Virus record (IMG/VR): IMGVR_UViG_3300014050_000004
Location: 32,001 to 96,000 of that record
Length of the DNA stretch: 64,000 nt
Source of the DNA: a virus
Reading direction: 5' to 3' (one strand)
Shown: positions 53,490 through 61,801 of the stretch, one piece after another
Position numbering within the stretch: position 1 is the stretch's first letter
Layout: each line of letters opens with the position of its first letter
Notes under the pieces: generated by a model
Told to the model about the DNA's origin: nothing
The model's database searches: none
What the model saw: the letters and a program-made list of their open reading frames with translations, nothing else
Program-made: the position numbers and the translations under genes

Positions 53490-53818
53490 CTATTGATTCT
53501 TTGAGAGCGTGCCAAAAGTCTGGCTCCAATTTCAGTTCCTCTGCTCAGAGGGAATCCTTTTTCCTTGGCAACCTCTACAACTTCTTTGTCAAGCTGAGGG
53601 CTGGGGACGAATGGGTTTTCCTCATCAGAGTCAGTTTTTCTCGAAAGTTTGTCATGCATCGTTGCTTGAATCTTCTCAACGCTGATGTCTTGGAGAACTG
53701 GAGAGGTCTCTTCTTTTTCCTCTTCCACAACTTCAGACTCGGTCTTGGGGAGTTCTTGCATGGTTTCCTCTACTTCTGGGGTTTCTGATTGTGAGGGGGA
53801 ATTTCTGCGTCTTGACAT
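53486..53818 (-). CDS. Acidic disordered hypothetical protein
   Basis: 110 aa, MSRRRNSP...E-rich...RGTEIGARLLARS. Confidence 0.65.
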   Translation of the reverse strand: MSRRRNSPSQSETPEVEETMQELPKTESEVVEEEKEETSPVLQDISVEKIQATMHDKLSRKTDSDEENPFVPSPQLDKEVVEVAKEKGFPLSRGTEIGARLLARSQRINR

Positions 53819-53825
53819 TGAATAC

Positions 53826-54227
53826 CTACTTGAGAATGTGTTTTATGGCTATCCGCGATAGGATATCCAAGGAAGCGTTTGACACGCCCATCCAGGGTCT
53901 GGCTGGCATCTTGGTAGTACCGAACTGATGATACATACCGACTGGGGAAGTTACAACATTAAACCTGTTGCCCTTGTTTTCTATGGTCGCTTGCTCTAAC
54001 ATTTTTCCCGTAACTCTCAGCATTGGCAAGGAACCGTAATTCCTTCTTTTCCACTTTGAGTACGCGGGGGAGAGAGCCTTCCAAGGTTTACCCTTATAGT
54101 CAGTTTCAGCAGTCCAGTTCTTGCGATTTTCCAGCAACAACATTGCTGGCCATGCAGCCTTGGTTTTCGACCACCAGTTTAAGTTAATGATCTTGGAGCT
54201 TTTGGGGCTCATTTTGATAGAAATCAT
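53826..54227 (-). CDS. Virion morphogenesis / tail-completion protein (Mu gpG, P2 gpS family)
   Basis: GKPWKALSPAY...MLRVTGKML...YHQFGTTKMPARPWMG. Confidence 0.85.
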   Translation of the reverse strand: MISIKMSPKSSKIINLNWWSKTKAAWPAMLLLENRKNWTAETDYKGKPWKALSPAYSKWKRRNYGSLPMLRVTGKMLEQATIENKGNRFNVVTSPVGMYHQFGTTKMPARPWMGVSNASLDILSRIAIKHILK

Positions 54228-54649
54228 TTCTTCCTCGGCTTCTTTGCAGCATCTTTTTGTTTTTCTACAAACTTCTCATTGATGCTGATCATCAGCTTAA
54301 CCTTGCTCATGGGTTGGTCTTCTAACCAGTCTATTGATTGATCCCATCTTTGCTTACACAAATGAAAGGCCACCTCTAGCCAATTTTCCACGGAAAAGAT
54401 GCTATCGGAAAAAATGTTGTCCACCATCCAATTCGTCAAGGCTCTGAAAGTCCTGGAAGACACTCTTTCAAGTATTTCAGGGTTGCTAAGCAACCTGAGA
54501 AGCAGAGGCATGTAGTTTCCGTTCTGCGTTCTTATCAACTGTGCCAGGTAGAAGTCTTTGGGTCTAACCTCTCTGATTATGAATGGGCCGTGGCCGTTTA
54601 CGAAAACTTTATAGGAAAAGTCTTCGTTATCCGTAGCTATTACTTTGGG
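54224..54649 (-). CDS. -1 frame extension of the tail assembly chaperone (GT-like product, 247-aa fusion)
   Basis: The frame is open from the TGA at 54662-54664 to 54224, with no ATG/GTG for ~40 codons. It is entered by the slippery site; C-terminal IDWLEDQPMSKV resembles lambda T-type segments. Confidence 0.7.
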   Translation of the reverse strand, partial: PKVIATDNEDFSYKVFVNGHGPFIIREVRPKDFYLAQLIRTQNGNYMPLLLRLLSNPEILERVSSRTFRALTNWMVDNIFSDSIFSVENWLEVAFHLCKQRWDQSIDWLEDQPMSKVKLMISINEKFVEKQKDAAKKPRKK

Positions 54650-54966
54650 TCTTTCAGATCTTCACCATTGGCCTTAGCAACAAGTTCAGAGATGGCTTTG
54701 ATGTCTCTGACACCCATATTTTCAATTTCTTCGTAAGACAGAGAATTGGGACCTACATTGAGTCTTTCAATAATGTGAAAACTCCTTCGGGTGTCTTTCA
54801 TATCCCCAAGTTCCTCTTCCATATATACCAGATCTTTCCCTGTCATTTCCCTGATCGTGATTGAGGTTCCGTTTCTCAGAGTTACACTGAAAGTTTCAAG
54901 CTCTGGGTAGGAGAAGTCATCAGGATTGCCGTCTGTTGGGGCCTGAGGGTTGTTGACTGTTCGCAT
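54640..54966 (-). CDS. Tail assembly chaperone (G-like)
   Basis: VTLRNGTSITIREMTGKDL...LSYEEIENMGVRDIKAISELV matches Mu gp41-like TACs; ends in the slippery site. Confidence 0.75.
   Translation of the reverse strand: MRTVNNPQAPTDGNPDDFSYPELETFSVTLRNGTSITIREMTGKDLVYMEEELGDMKDTRRSFHIIERLNVGPNSLSYEEIENMGVRDIKAISELVAKANGEDLKDPK
54643..54649 (-). other. -1 programmed ribosomal frameshift slippery heptamer C CCA AAG
   Basis: Canonical X XXY YYZ in the correct phase immediately before the TAA of 54640..54966; 11-bp hairpin at 54600-54627. Confidence 0.75.
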
Positions 54967-54983
54967 AGTTTAGTTGATGAATG

Positions 54984-55196
54984 CTAGTCGATTTTTACCC
55001 TTAGCTCGTGCAGTTTGGCTTCAACCTCAGGGTTGGAGAATCCGGCAGGGAGGGAGAGAGCCAAGGTATTTGCCTCCCTCCAACTCATCAGTGCCTCTGA
55101 TCTGTCTCCAACGTTCAATCTATCCTCAACATCTTGCAACCAAGACTGTATGACTTCCATTCTGAATTCAGGGTCTTTGGGCAAGGGAAAGGGCAT
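54984..55196 (-). CDS. Hypothetical protein
   Basis: Start revised to ATG 55196 (MPFPLPKDPEFR), 2 nt after the upstream stop. Confidence 0.6.
   Translation of the reverse strand: MPFPLPKDPEFRMEVIQSWLQDVEDRLNVGDRSEALMSWREANTLALSLPAGFSNPEVEAKLHELRVKID
54994..55000 (-). promoter_or_regulatory. GGGTAAA candidate late-promoter element
   Basis: 28 nt upstream of the TAC ATG at 54966. Confidence 0.6.
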
Positions 55197-55197
55197 G

Positions 55198-55389
55198 TTA
55201 CATAGCCCCCAAAATGGACTCCACCCTTTTCCTGGAGTAGTACTCTTGGTTGTAATAGCAATCAACAGAATGAGAAACTCCTGTCCACTTTACTTCGGGA
55301 ATGATAGCCCACCAAAAGTTGCTTGTTTTGCTGTTTCTTAGTCCTTTGAATACCCCGAGGGTGAAGCTTCTTTGTGTCTCTTTTGTCAT
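55198..55389 (-). CDS. Small hypothetical protein
   Basis: 63 aa; abuts the polymerase stop. Confidence 0.55.
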   Translation of the reverse strand: MTKETQRSFTLGVFKGLRNSKTSNFWWAIIPEVKWTGVSHSVDCYYNQEYYSRKRVESILGAM

Positions 55390-58263
55390 TTAAATCAAAC
55401 CTTGTGAAATGGCTCTGTATCTTGTTGTTAGTTTGTCTATAGCACCGATCTCAGATAGCTCCATCATTGAAAACTCTTCTCCATTCGGTTCCTCATTACC
55501 TTTCGGGTTTGAAGGAGAGACGGTGGATTCCCTTGGGGATTTGCGAATCTTGCTATCTATTGCTACGGAGGAGAAATAAGATCTGCTCAAGGGCAGTTCA
55601 GGGATCCCGACACGACTGTGAAACAAGCTCCAAGTGTACATGTGTGCAATCTGAAACAGAACAGCGAACTGTTGGGAGTATTTCTCAGGGGTCATGAACC
55701 ACACTTCATCGTGGATGCTAATGATGAATCTGCATGGGATTTTGTATTCCTCTGACAGCCAGTGAACTGCAGTCAGCATGATCGATAAGATCTCGGCGCC
55801 AGAAGATTGAATCGTCCAGTTAACTCTACCCGTCTTAAAGTCGTCTCCAACAGCAGAAGGTCTCATGGCTGTGGAGATCTTTGTGCCCAGACAGGGCAGG
55901 GTTGGGACTTTGCTTCTCATGGCAATTTCTTCCATGTAGTTGAAACAACCGGAATCCGTTCCCCCTTCATATAACCCGCCTTGTAACTGGCCTTTCTTTG
56001 AGGAAAGAGCTTTGAAAGCGAAGTTTTTGACCTGAGAAGGAGACTTTTCTGGGTAGATCTTTCGGATGTAAGTTTGAATGGCTCGGGCACCTCCCCCATA
56101 CAATACAGTGAATCCCACAATCTTCGCAAGATCCCTTGCCTTTGCGATTTCCTTATACCTCTCCTTAGAGATGGGGGTCAGAGTTGACTTGTCCTCAGAC
56201 AGTTCGCAAACCCCTTTGTGAGAATCCCAAACAATGCCTTGATAGAGCTCGGGCATGATGGCTCTGGCCAGAGCAGTGTGAGGGTCTGTCCCAAGCTCTT
56301 TCGCCCCGCTCAGAACGTTATATCCGAAGGGGGAGCAACCAATGTGTCCCCCTTCCCACTTGTCACTGTAGATGGCTGCGATATTTAGCTCTTGAGCGTC
56401 AAAGTCAGCCCCGACAATCTTCCAGCCTTCTGGAGCAGTGATCCTTGACTTAAGCTCAGTCCCAATCCGGTTCGGCTTTGTGGAACACATTGTAACCATC
56501 AAGGCTTCCACGGTTCTTCGAGTCACTGTTCCATGGCATAGAATCTCTGGCAAGGTAACAAGAGCATCTTTGCCATAGGGGTTCTCGCTCTTGAGGAAAA
56601 TCCGATCCATGACCCTGCTTCTCACAGATGTCCAATAGGAGGTGGCTGAAGAGATTTCAAGTGCTCTTTTTGCTTCAGGAAGGTCGCTGCTGAGCCTTCC
56701 GACATTCATGTCTTCGATGAAATCTTTGGTAAGCAAACCTCCCACATTTTCCCCTGTACCTTTGGGGTGAGGGACTTTGGAGATTGAGCCTTCTTCTTCG
56801 TTCCAGTAGCACCACCCAGAACCTTCCACAAACTGCAAAGGTTGGCCTTCCCACTTGAGCTTGAGTAGCAGGTGTGCAATCCTGCTCTTGACCCCAATGG
56901 GGGTGTTAGGGTCCTTGGAGAAAGGGCGTATCCAGTTGGGCACATTGGCATATTTGCCTTTGGTGGAGGCCACTGTCCAATCAAGTTGTGAAAACCAGGG
57001 ATCTTTCTTCACCCATTCGTCTCTCTCGGATTCTGTTGAAAGTTCCTGCCACTCTTCATAGCAAGAGTATAGCAAGTCTTTGCAAATCCGACTCATCTCC
57101 TCGTTGTGCTCTTGGAAAACTCTCTCGGTGTTTGCAATCCAATCCGTCCATTCGTCGATGAGAGGTACGACAGAACCATTCAAGTAGTAGTGGCCACAAA
57201 GAGCCACGGGAGAAGGAGTGCTGTCTCTGTATTTGGGCCACAAGGCTTGAAAGAGTTCTGCCGTATATAGAGCGTCCTTGACAGCGTAGTCAACGGCTTT
57301 GCCAAGCATTGAAGTAATCTGGGAGATATGTGTCGCTCTTACGAACACATCTCTCACAGCTTTGTCTTCAGACCCAAGAGGTTGAGCACTGCTGTCCCCA
57401 AAGAATTTCTTAACCTCGTATACGTGGAAGTTGTAGCATTGAACAAGGCTATTGGTTGCTCCCTTCTCTAGCCACTTAGGTGCGTATCTGAGCTTTCTCT
57501 TTTCCTCTTCGGTCAAGTTTTCTGGGTCCTTGGCAGCCAAAACGTAGAGCCACCTTTGTCCGGAAGCCAATCCTGAAACTCCGACATGGGCAGACAAGGT
57601 GTCAAAATAGAAGTTTTCTGGTCTGGTATTGTTAAGATTGTATCCTTCCTGAGCCCTCACTCTGTCGTACGACACATTGTGTCCAACGATGAACCGGTCC
57701 TTGCCAACTGGAATCAAGTCAAATTGGTCCCATTCTTCTTCTGGCAGGGAGGGATTGATGAGCTCAGAGGCCAACCATATATAAGCTGCTTTCGAAGACA
57801 GAGCCGTTCCAATTACCGGAAACGCTCCACCTTGAACAAAAGTTTCGGTGTCAAAAGTAAATGCCTCTTCAGTAGGATAGTCAACTTGTTCCACCTCAAA
57901 CTCTTCCCCGTTCCAGAAGTAACGAGTCCACCCAGGGTTGAACTGAATGTCCTTTTCTTGGGGAACAGGAGGCAACTTTGATGTGGAAAATTCCTCAGCC
58001 AACTCCAGGTACCTACCAATCTGCAAGTTGGCGATGGAATGAAAGTGTTCTTCTAAGTTGTGACCCTTGAGATCAGGAAGCGGCAAAGGCCCGTCATACA
58101 GGTTGTTCGGGTAATCTACAGGAACTGAAACACCAAACCTATTGAGCAAGCTCTCAGCTCTCTTTTGGTCACGAGGTGTCATGGCCTTCGGTTTCTCGGG
58201 GCCGAAAATCTTAGAGTGGATCTCCTCAGAGACCACCGGATAACCGAGTTCGTTGAGTTTCAT
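55390..58263 (-). CDS. Family A DNA polymerase of the mitochondrial Pol gamma-like clade
   Basis: Exonuclease motifs FTFDTETF, IVGHNVSYDRVR, FDTLSAHVGVSG, YAVKD. Pol gamma-type HGTVTRRTVE...IGTELK...APEGWKIVGADFDAQEL, ARDLAKIVGFTVLYGGG, RVNWTIQSSG, ISIHDEV. Confidence 0.93.
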   Translation of the reverse strand: MKLNELGYPVVSEEIHSKIFGPEKPKAMTPRDQKRAESLLNRFGVSVPVDYPNNLYDGPLPLPDLKGHNLEEHFHSIANLQIGRYLELAEEFSTSKLPPVPQEKDIQFNPGWTRYFWNGEEFEVEQVDYPTEEAFTFDTETFVQGGAFPVIGTALSSKAAYIWLASELINPSLPEEEWDQFDLIPVGKDRFIVGHNVSYDRVRAQEGYNLNNTRPENFYFDTLSAHVGVSGLASGQRWLYVLAAKDPENLTEEEKRKLRYAPKWLEKGATNSLVQCYNFHVYEVKKFFGDSSAQPLGSEDKAVRDVFVRATHISQITSMLGKAVDYAVKDALYTAELFQALWPKYRDSTPSPVALCGHYYLNGSVVPLIDEWTDWIANTERVFQEHNEEMSRICKDLLYSCYEEWQELSTESERDEWVKKDPWFSQLDWTVASTKGKYANVPNWIRPFSKDPNTPIGVKSRIAHLLLKLKWEGQPLQFVEGSGWCYWNEEEGSISKVPHPKGTGENVGGLLTKDFIEDMNVGRLSSDLPEAKRALEISSATSYWTSVRSRVMDRIFLKSENPYGKDALVTLPEILCHGTVTRRTVEALMVTMCSTKPNRIGTELKSRITAPEGWKIVGADFDAQELNIAAIYSDKWEGGHIGCSPFGYNVLSGAKELGTDPHTALARAIMPELYQGIVWDSHKGVCELSEDKSTLTPISKERYKEIAKARDLAKIVGFTVLYGGGARAIQTYIRKIYPEKSPSQVKNFAFKALSSKKGQLQGGLYEGGTDSGCFNYMEEIAMRSKVPTLPCLGTKISTAMRPSAVGDDFKTGRVNWTIQSSGAEILSIMLTAVHWLSEEYKIPCRFIISIHDEVWFMTPEKYSQQFAVLFQIAHMYTWSLFHSRVGIPELPLSRSYFSSVAIDSKIRKSPRESTVSPSNPKGNEEPNGEEFSMMELSEIGAIDKLTTRYRAISQGLI

Positions 58264-58298
58264 TTTGTTTTGTTTGCGTGTTGTTAATATGAACCTAA

Positions 58299-59099
58299 CT
58301 ATTCTGAGTAACTAAACAATTTCAGATCAAAAGCTCGGACCCCACTACTGTCAAACACATTTTCCTTGTGTCTCTTGTACAATTCAAAGGCATCGTAAAC
58401 GTTAGAAAACTGAATGGGTCTCTCTGCTGGTTCCTCTGCCCACAGAGAAATCTCTTTCAGATCCAAGGACGGCTCAATGTCCCAAGCCTCGTGCCTGCTC
58501 CCATATAGCAGGGGCAGAGCATCATTCCTCCACCAATCAGACATTGACTGAATGCACGCCGCCCAAGTCTCAGGGTCTGTAATGTGTGTGTTGAACTCTG
58601 AACGGATGGAAGAGATGTACTGTTTGCCCCTCTTCACTACGACCAATGCCGATGCTGGAACCTCCTTGAGATACAATGACTCATCTTCAAAAACAAGTTT
58701 CTCGTATACCAGAGGAAACAAGATGGCGTGGCACATGAGCTTCACGTCATCCGAAGAAACACACATGTGTCTTAGAATTGACTCAAAGATCGCGATTGTT
58801 GAGGCGATCATCAATTCACTCTCGTTCAGGTCTGGTTGAATCTCAGTTTTTTGCCCTTCTAGCAGCTTGTTTAACGTAATGACCTCCATCTCCAATTTGC
58901 GAGCTTGGCGATTCGCTTCCCTCTCTACTCTAGATTTGTAAATGTCGGACTGAACCAGAAGCTTGTCAAACTTGATTTCAATCTTTTCCAGTTCCGCATC
59001 CAATGCTTCTAGGCAAATCTTCAAGTTGGATACTTTCTTCTTGAGGGATCCAACAGATGTTCTCAGAGTCTCTGTTGCATATACAAGATTGTCTGTCAT
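58299..59099 (-). CDS. Hypothetical protein with N-terminal coiled coil
   Basis: 266 aa; heptad-rich first ~90 aa. Confidence 0.7.
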   Translation of the reverse strand: MTDNLVYATETLRTSVGSLKKKVSNLKICLEALDAELEKIEIKFDKLLVQSDIYKSRVEREANRQARKLEMEVITLNKLLEGQKTEIQPDLNESELMIASTIAIFESILRHMCVSSDDVKLMCHAILFPLVYEKLVFEDESLYLKEVPASALVVVKRGKQYISSIRSEFNTHITDPETWAACIQSMSDWWRNDALPLLYGSRHEAWDIEPSLDLKEISLWAEEPAERPIQFSNVYDAFELYKRHKENVFDSSGVRAFDLKLFSYSE

Positions 59100-59107
59100 G
59101 TTGATTG

Positions 59108-59683
59108 TTACATTTGTTTGATCGACGCTTTCATCTCGTCGAGGTCTTGATCAATGATCTTTATGTTAAAGGAGTAAGTCTTCTCCGGGTCTGACTTGAG
59201 GTGGAAAGTTCCTTCAAAAAAGTCTCCGTTGTCTGAGCTCAAAAAGTTGTTGCTTGGGGTGGGGGGAGAGCACAGGGCTATGTCACCTTCAAATTCGGGG
59301 TAGGACTCTTCTATCACAGAAACAAGCTTTCTGTAAACTGCTGAAGCAGCTGCCAACTCTCCCTCATTGTTAATCTGAGCTAGAAGTCCATTGTCTGTTG
59401 CCCGAAGTTCGCAAGCAACCCCATTATCAAGATATATGACAATTAAGGCTCCTTCGTCATGGCTCTCAAATCTTGCCTCCTGGGCTTCAAACTCACAATC
59501 GTCAGGCTCTGTGCCCTCGAAGTTGAATTCTATAAGGTCGTAAAAAGAAGATCTTATGGTTTCGGCGTCGGGTCCCCCCAAGTAATTGGCTATAGCATTG
59601 AACAGTTTAGGTTGAGCAAGCAACCTTTCTACAGGATACGCAATAATCATAGTTCTCTCCTTGATGACAGTATAGCCCCCCAA
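59108..59683 (-). CDS. Acidic hypothetical protein (probable start ATG 59650)
   Basis: C-terminal PSNNFLSSDNGDFFEGTF...YSFNI shared with 2007..2726; GGGTAAA at 59728-59734. Confidence 0.65.
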   Translation of the reverse strand: MGGYTVIKERTMIIAYPVERLLAQPKLFNAIANYLGGPDAETIRSSFYDLIEFNFEGTEPDDCEFEAQEARFESHDEGALIVIYLDNGVACELRATDNGLLAQINNEGELAAASAVYRKLVSVIEESYPEFEGDIALCSPPTPSNNFLSSDNGDFFEGTFHLKSDPEKTYSFNIKIIDQDLDEMKASIKQM

Positions 59684-59788
59684 AACAATGGTAAGCTTTG
59701 CCTTACTATGAAGGTCCTGCTTTACGTTTTACCCCCCCGGCGATTCAAAGGGGTGCTCCCACAGTTTTGTGCGAGAGCCACCTGCATC

Positions 59789-61801
59789 TCACGATAGGTC
59801 CTCGACCATGGCAACCTTGATACCTTTGCTACCTGGCCTGCCTTGCTTTGCAGTCAAGTCCAGTTTCAAAGGCTTTTTGCGTTTGGAAGCCCAATTTACA
59901 GTGTAAGAACCTTCTCCGAAGTAAACAATCTTCGAACCTTCTGGGAGAGCAAGCTTACCTTTGCTCGTTGTTTTCACAAGGTCTGACCCGCACAGTACCA
60001 TGGCTCTTAGCTCTTCGTTGTTTTCAAACACAACAAGGTACTTCAGCTCTAGAATCTCAGAGTCTTTCTTTGCCAATAGAATCGGGCAGTAGTTTGTTGA
60101 CACAGGACCTTTGTAATTTGGGGCCACCTTTTTCAGGAACCCTGCTTCGTTTAAGAGCACCAGTTTGTCCTTGGATTCCAGGACCAGAGCTCCCCGAGGC
60201 CCTTTGGCTTGTTCCACAAGCCCTTTCTTCACATCCACCTTCAGGAACCTAGGCTTAGGGGCCGCTGCCACCCTCCTGGTTGGGGAGCCGGGTGTATAGG
60301 TCCCTCCGTGCGAAGGGGGCTCCACGAGGGGGCTCCTACGAGCCTCTCCGTGCCTCTTTCCGAGCTCGGTCAGCTCCTGGGTCATGTACGAGCTACGGCA
60401 GGTGGTGCCTTCTGCCTCGTCGCTTGCCAATTTCTCAAGCTCTTTGATTCTCGTTTGAAGTTCATTGTCCTCCAGGATCAAATCCTTTTCGTCGAGGTTG
60501 GTCAACTGCCGGAGTCTCATGTCAAGGATTGACTCCGCCTGGTCATCCGTGAACATGAACGGCTTTGACATAAGGGAGCTCTTAGCTTGAGCTTTATCCT
60601 TGGACTCCCGAATTTTCCCAATCACTAAGTCCATCATTCCGATGGCCTTCAGTAAACCTTGGACGATCGAAAGACGAGCTTCCTTGGTGCTGAGTTCTTT
60701 CACAAACTTGGCTTGAAGCCGGTTCAGCCTCCAATGAACCCATTTCTGTACAATCTCTACAGGGGAAAGCTCAACTGGCTTATTGCCATCAATGACTAAT
60801 GTTTTAGCTGAGAACTTGAGTTCGAGATCGGTGAAGGAGTAGAGCTGGTTTTTGAGGGTGTCAGCATTGATCCCTGCTTTCGCTACCACTTGAACACGGT
60901 CGCCAGATAGATCGGAGAGATCATTAACCTCGGCTACTCCTTCAATCCTGCCTTTTTCAAGTTCAGCCTTGATTTGCTCTCCGATTTTCTCCGGGTTTGT
61001 TCCCGGTGGCAGGTTTGTAAAAGTCAAGCACGGCCTTTCTTTTCCTTTGCCATGCCGAACCACAGAGGTTTCCAACTTTGCCATGCACCGAATGCTTCCG
61101 GAGCCTGTTTCTTTGTACTGCTTGAGTTGATCATCCTCAATGATCTGGGTGCCAGTGGGGAAGTCAGGAATGAGGATATCTCGTGCTTTGCTTAGGTTGT
61201 CTTTGTAAGCTTTCTCCGAAGCAGTGTGTTTACAAAGGAGCTTGGTAGCTTCGACGATAGACCTGAGATTGTGAGGGGCAATCTTACAGGCATAACCAAC
61301 TCCAATTCCCTCCTGGCCGTTGAGAAGAACCAAGGGGAACTTGACATTCAACTCCATAGGTTCTTGCAGGGAACCATCGTAGTTTGGAACTGTCTCCCAA
61401 GTGTCTGAATCGTCAAGCACACCCTCCCAAAGTAAGGGAGAGGACTTGACTTCCGTATACCTGGCAGCAGCACATTGAGAAGTTGAGTCTCCGAAGTTCC
61501 CGTGGCCGTTAATCAATGGGTAGTTGTTGTTCCAAGGTGCTGCCAGAGTGACAATGGCACCGTAAGCTGAACCGTGAGGGCTGTACTTACCCAGCACTTC
61601 TCCGTCAAGCCTGGCACTTTTCATGAAGCGTCCGTCAGGCTTCAAGTTCAGCATCTTAATTGCTGTGAAGATTCTCCTTGCAATTGGCTTGCATCCATCC
61701 GTGTACCGAGGAATAGCCCTGCCAACTATGACACTCAAGGAGTAGGCTAGGTAGTCTTCCTTTACAAGGGATGTAAGGTTGGTTGGGATGTAGTTACTCA
61801 T
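59789..61801 (-). CDS. gyrA: Type IIA topoisomerase subunit A (GyrA/ParC-like)
   Basis: YLAYSLSVIVGRAIP..DGCKPIARRI, KSARL.GEV.GKYSPHGSAYGA, GHGNFG, active-site AAARYTE, LLNGQEGIGVG, F...QA.SIL.MRLRQLT. Confidence 0.88.
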   Translation of the reverse strand: MSNYIPTNLTSLVKEDYLAYSLSVIVGRAIPRYTDGCKPIARRIFTAIKMLNLKPDGRFMKSARLDGEVLGKYSPHGSAYGAIVTLAAPWNNNYPLINGHGNFGDSTSQCAAARYTEVKSSPLLWEGVLDDSDTWETVPNYDGSLQEPMELNVKFPLVLLNGQEGIGVGYACKIAPHNLRSIVEATKLLCKHTASEKAYKDNLSKARDILIPDFPTGTQIIEDDQLKQYKETGSGSIRCMAKLETSVVRHGKGKERPCLTFTNLPPGTNPEKIGEQIKAELEKGRIEGVAEVNDLSDLSGDRVQVVAKAGINADTLKNQLYSFTDLELKFSAKTLVIDGNKPVELSPVEIVQKWVHWRLNRLQAKFVKELSTKEARLSIVQGLLKAIGMMDLVIGKIRESKDKAQAKSSLMSKPFMFTDDQAESILDMRLRQLTNLDEKDLILEDNELQTRIKELEKLASDEAEGTTCRSSYMTQELTELGKRHGEARRSPLVEPPSHGGTYTPGSPTRRVAAAPKPRFLKVDVKKGLVEQAKGPRGALVLESKDKLVLLNEAGFLKKVAPNYKGPVSTNYCPILLAKKDSEILELKYLVVFENNEELRAMVLCGSDLVKTTSKGKLALPEGSKIVYFGEGSYTVNWASKRKKPLKLDLTAKQGRPGSKGIKVAMVEDLS

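Noticed and set aside
59731-59760. G/C-run hairpin between gyrA and 59108..59683
   Set aside because: Weak, irregular stem with no U-tract; not called as a terminator.
27441-61801. Introns or inteins in terL, the polymerase or gyrA
   Set aside because: All three are continuous ORFs of expected length with correctly spaced motifs and no C/S...HN-C/S/T intein signature.
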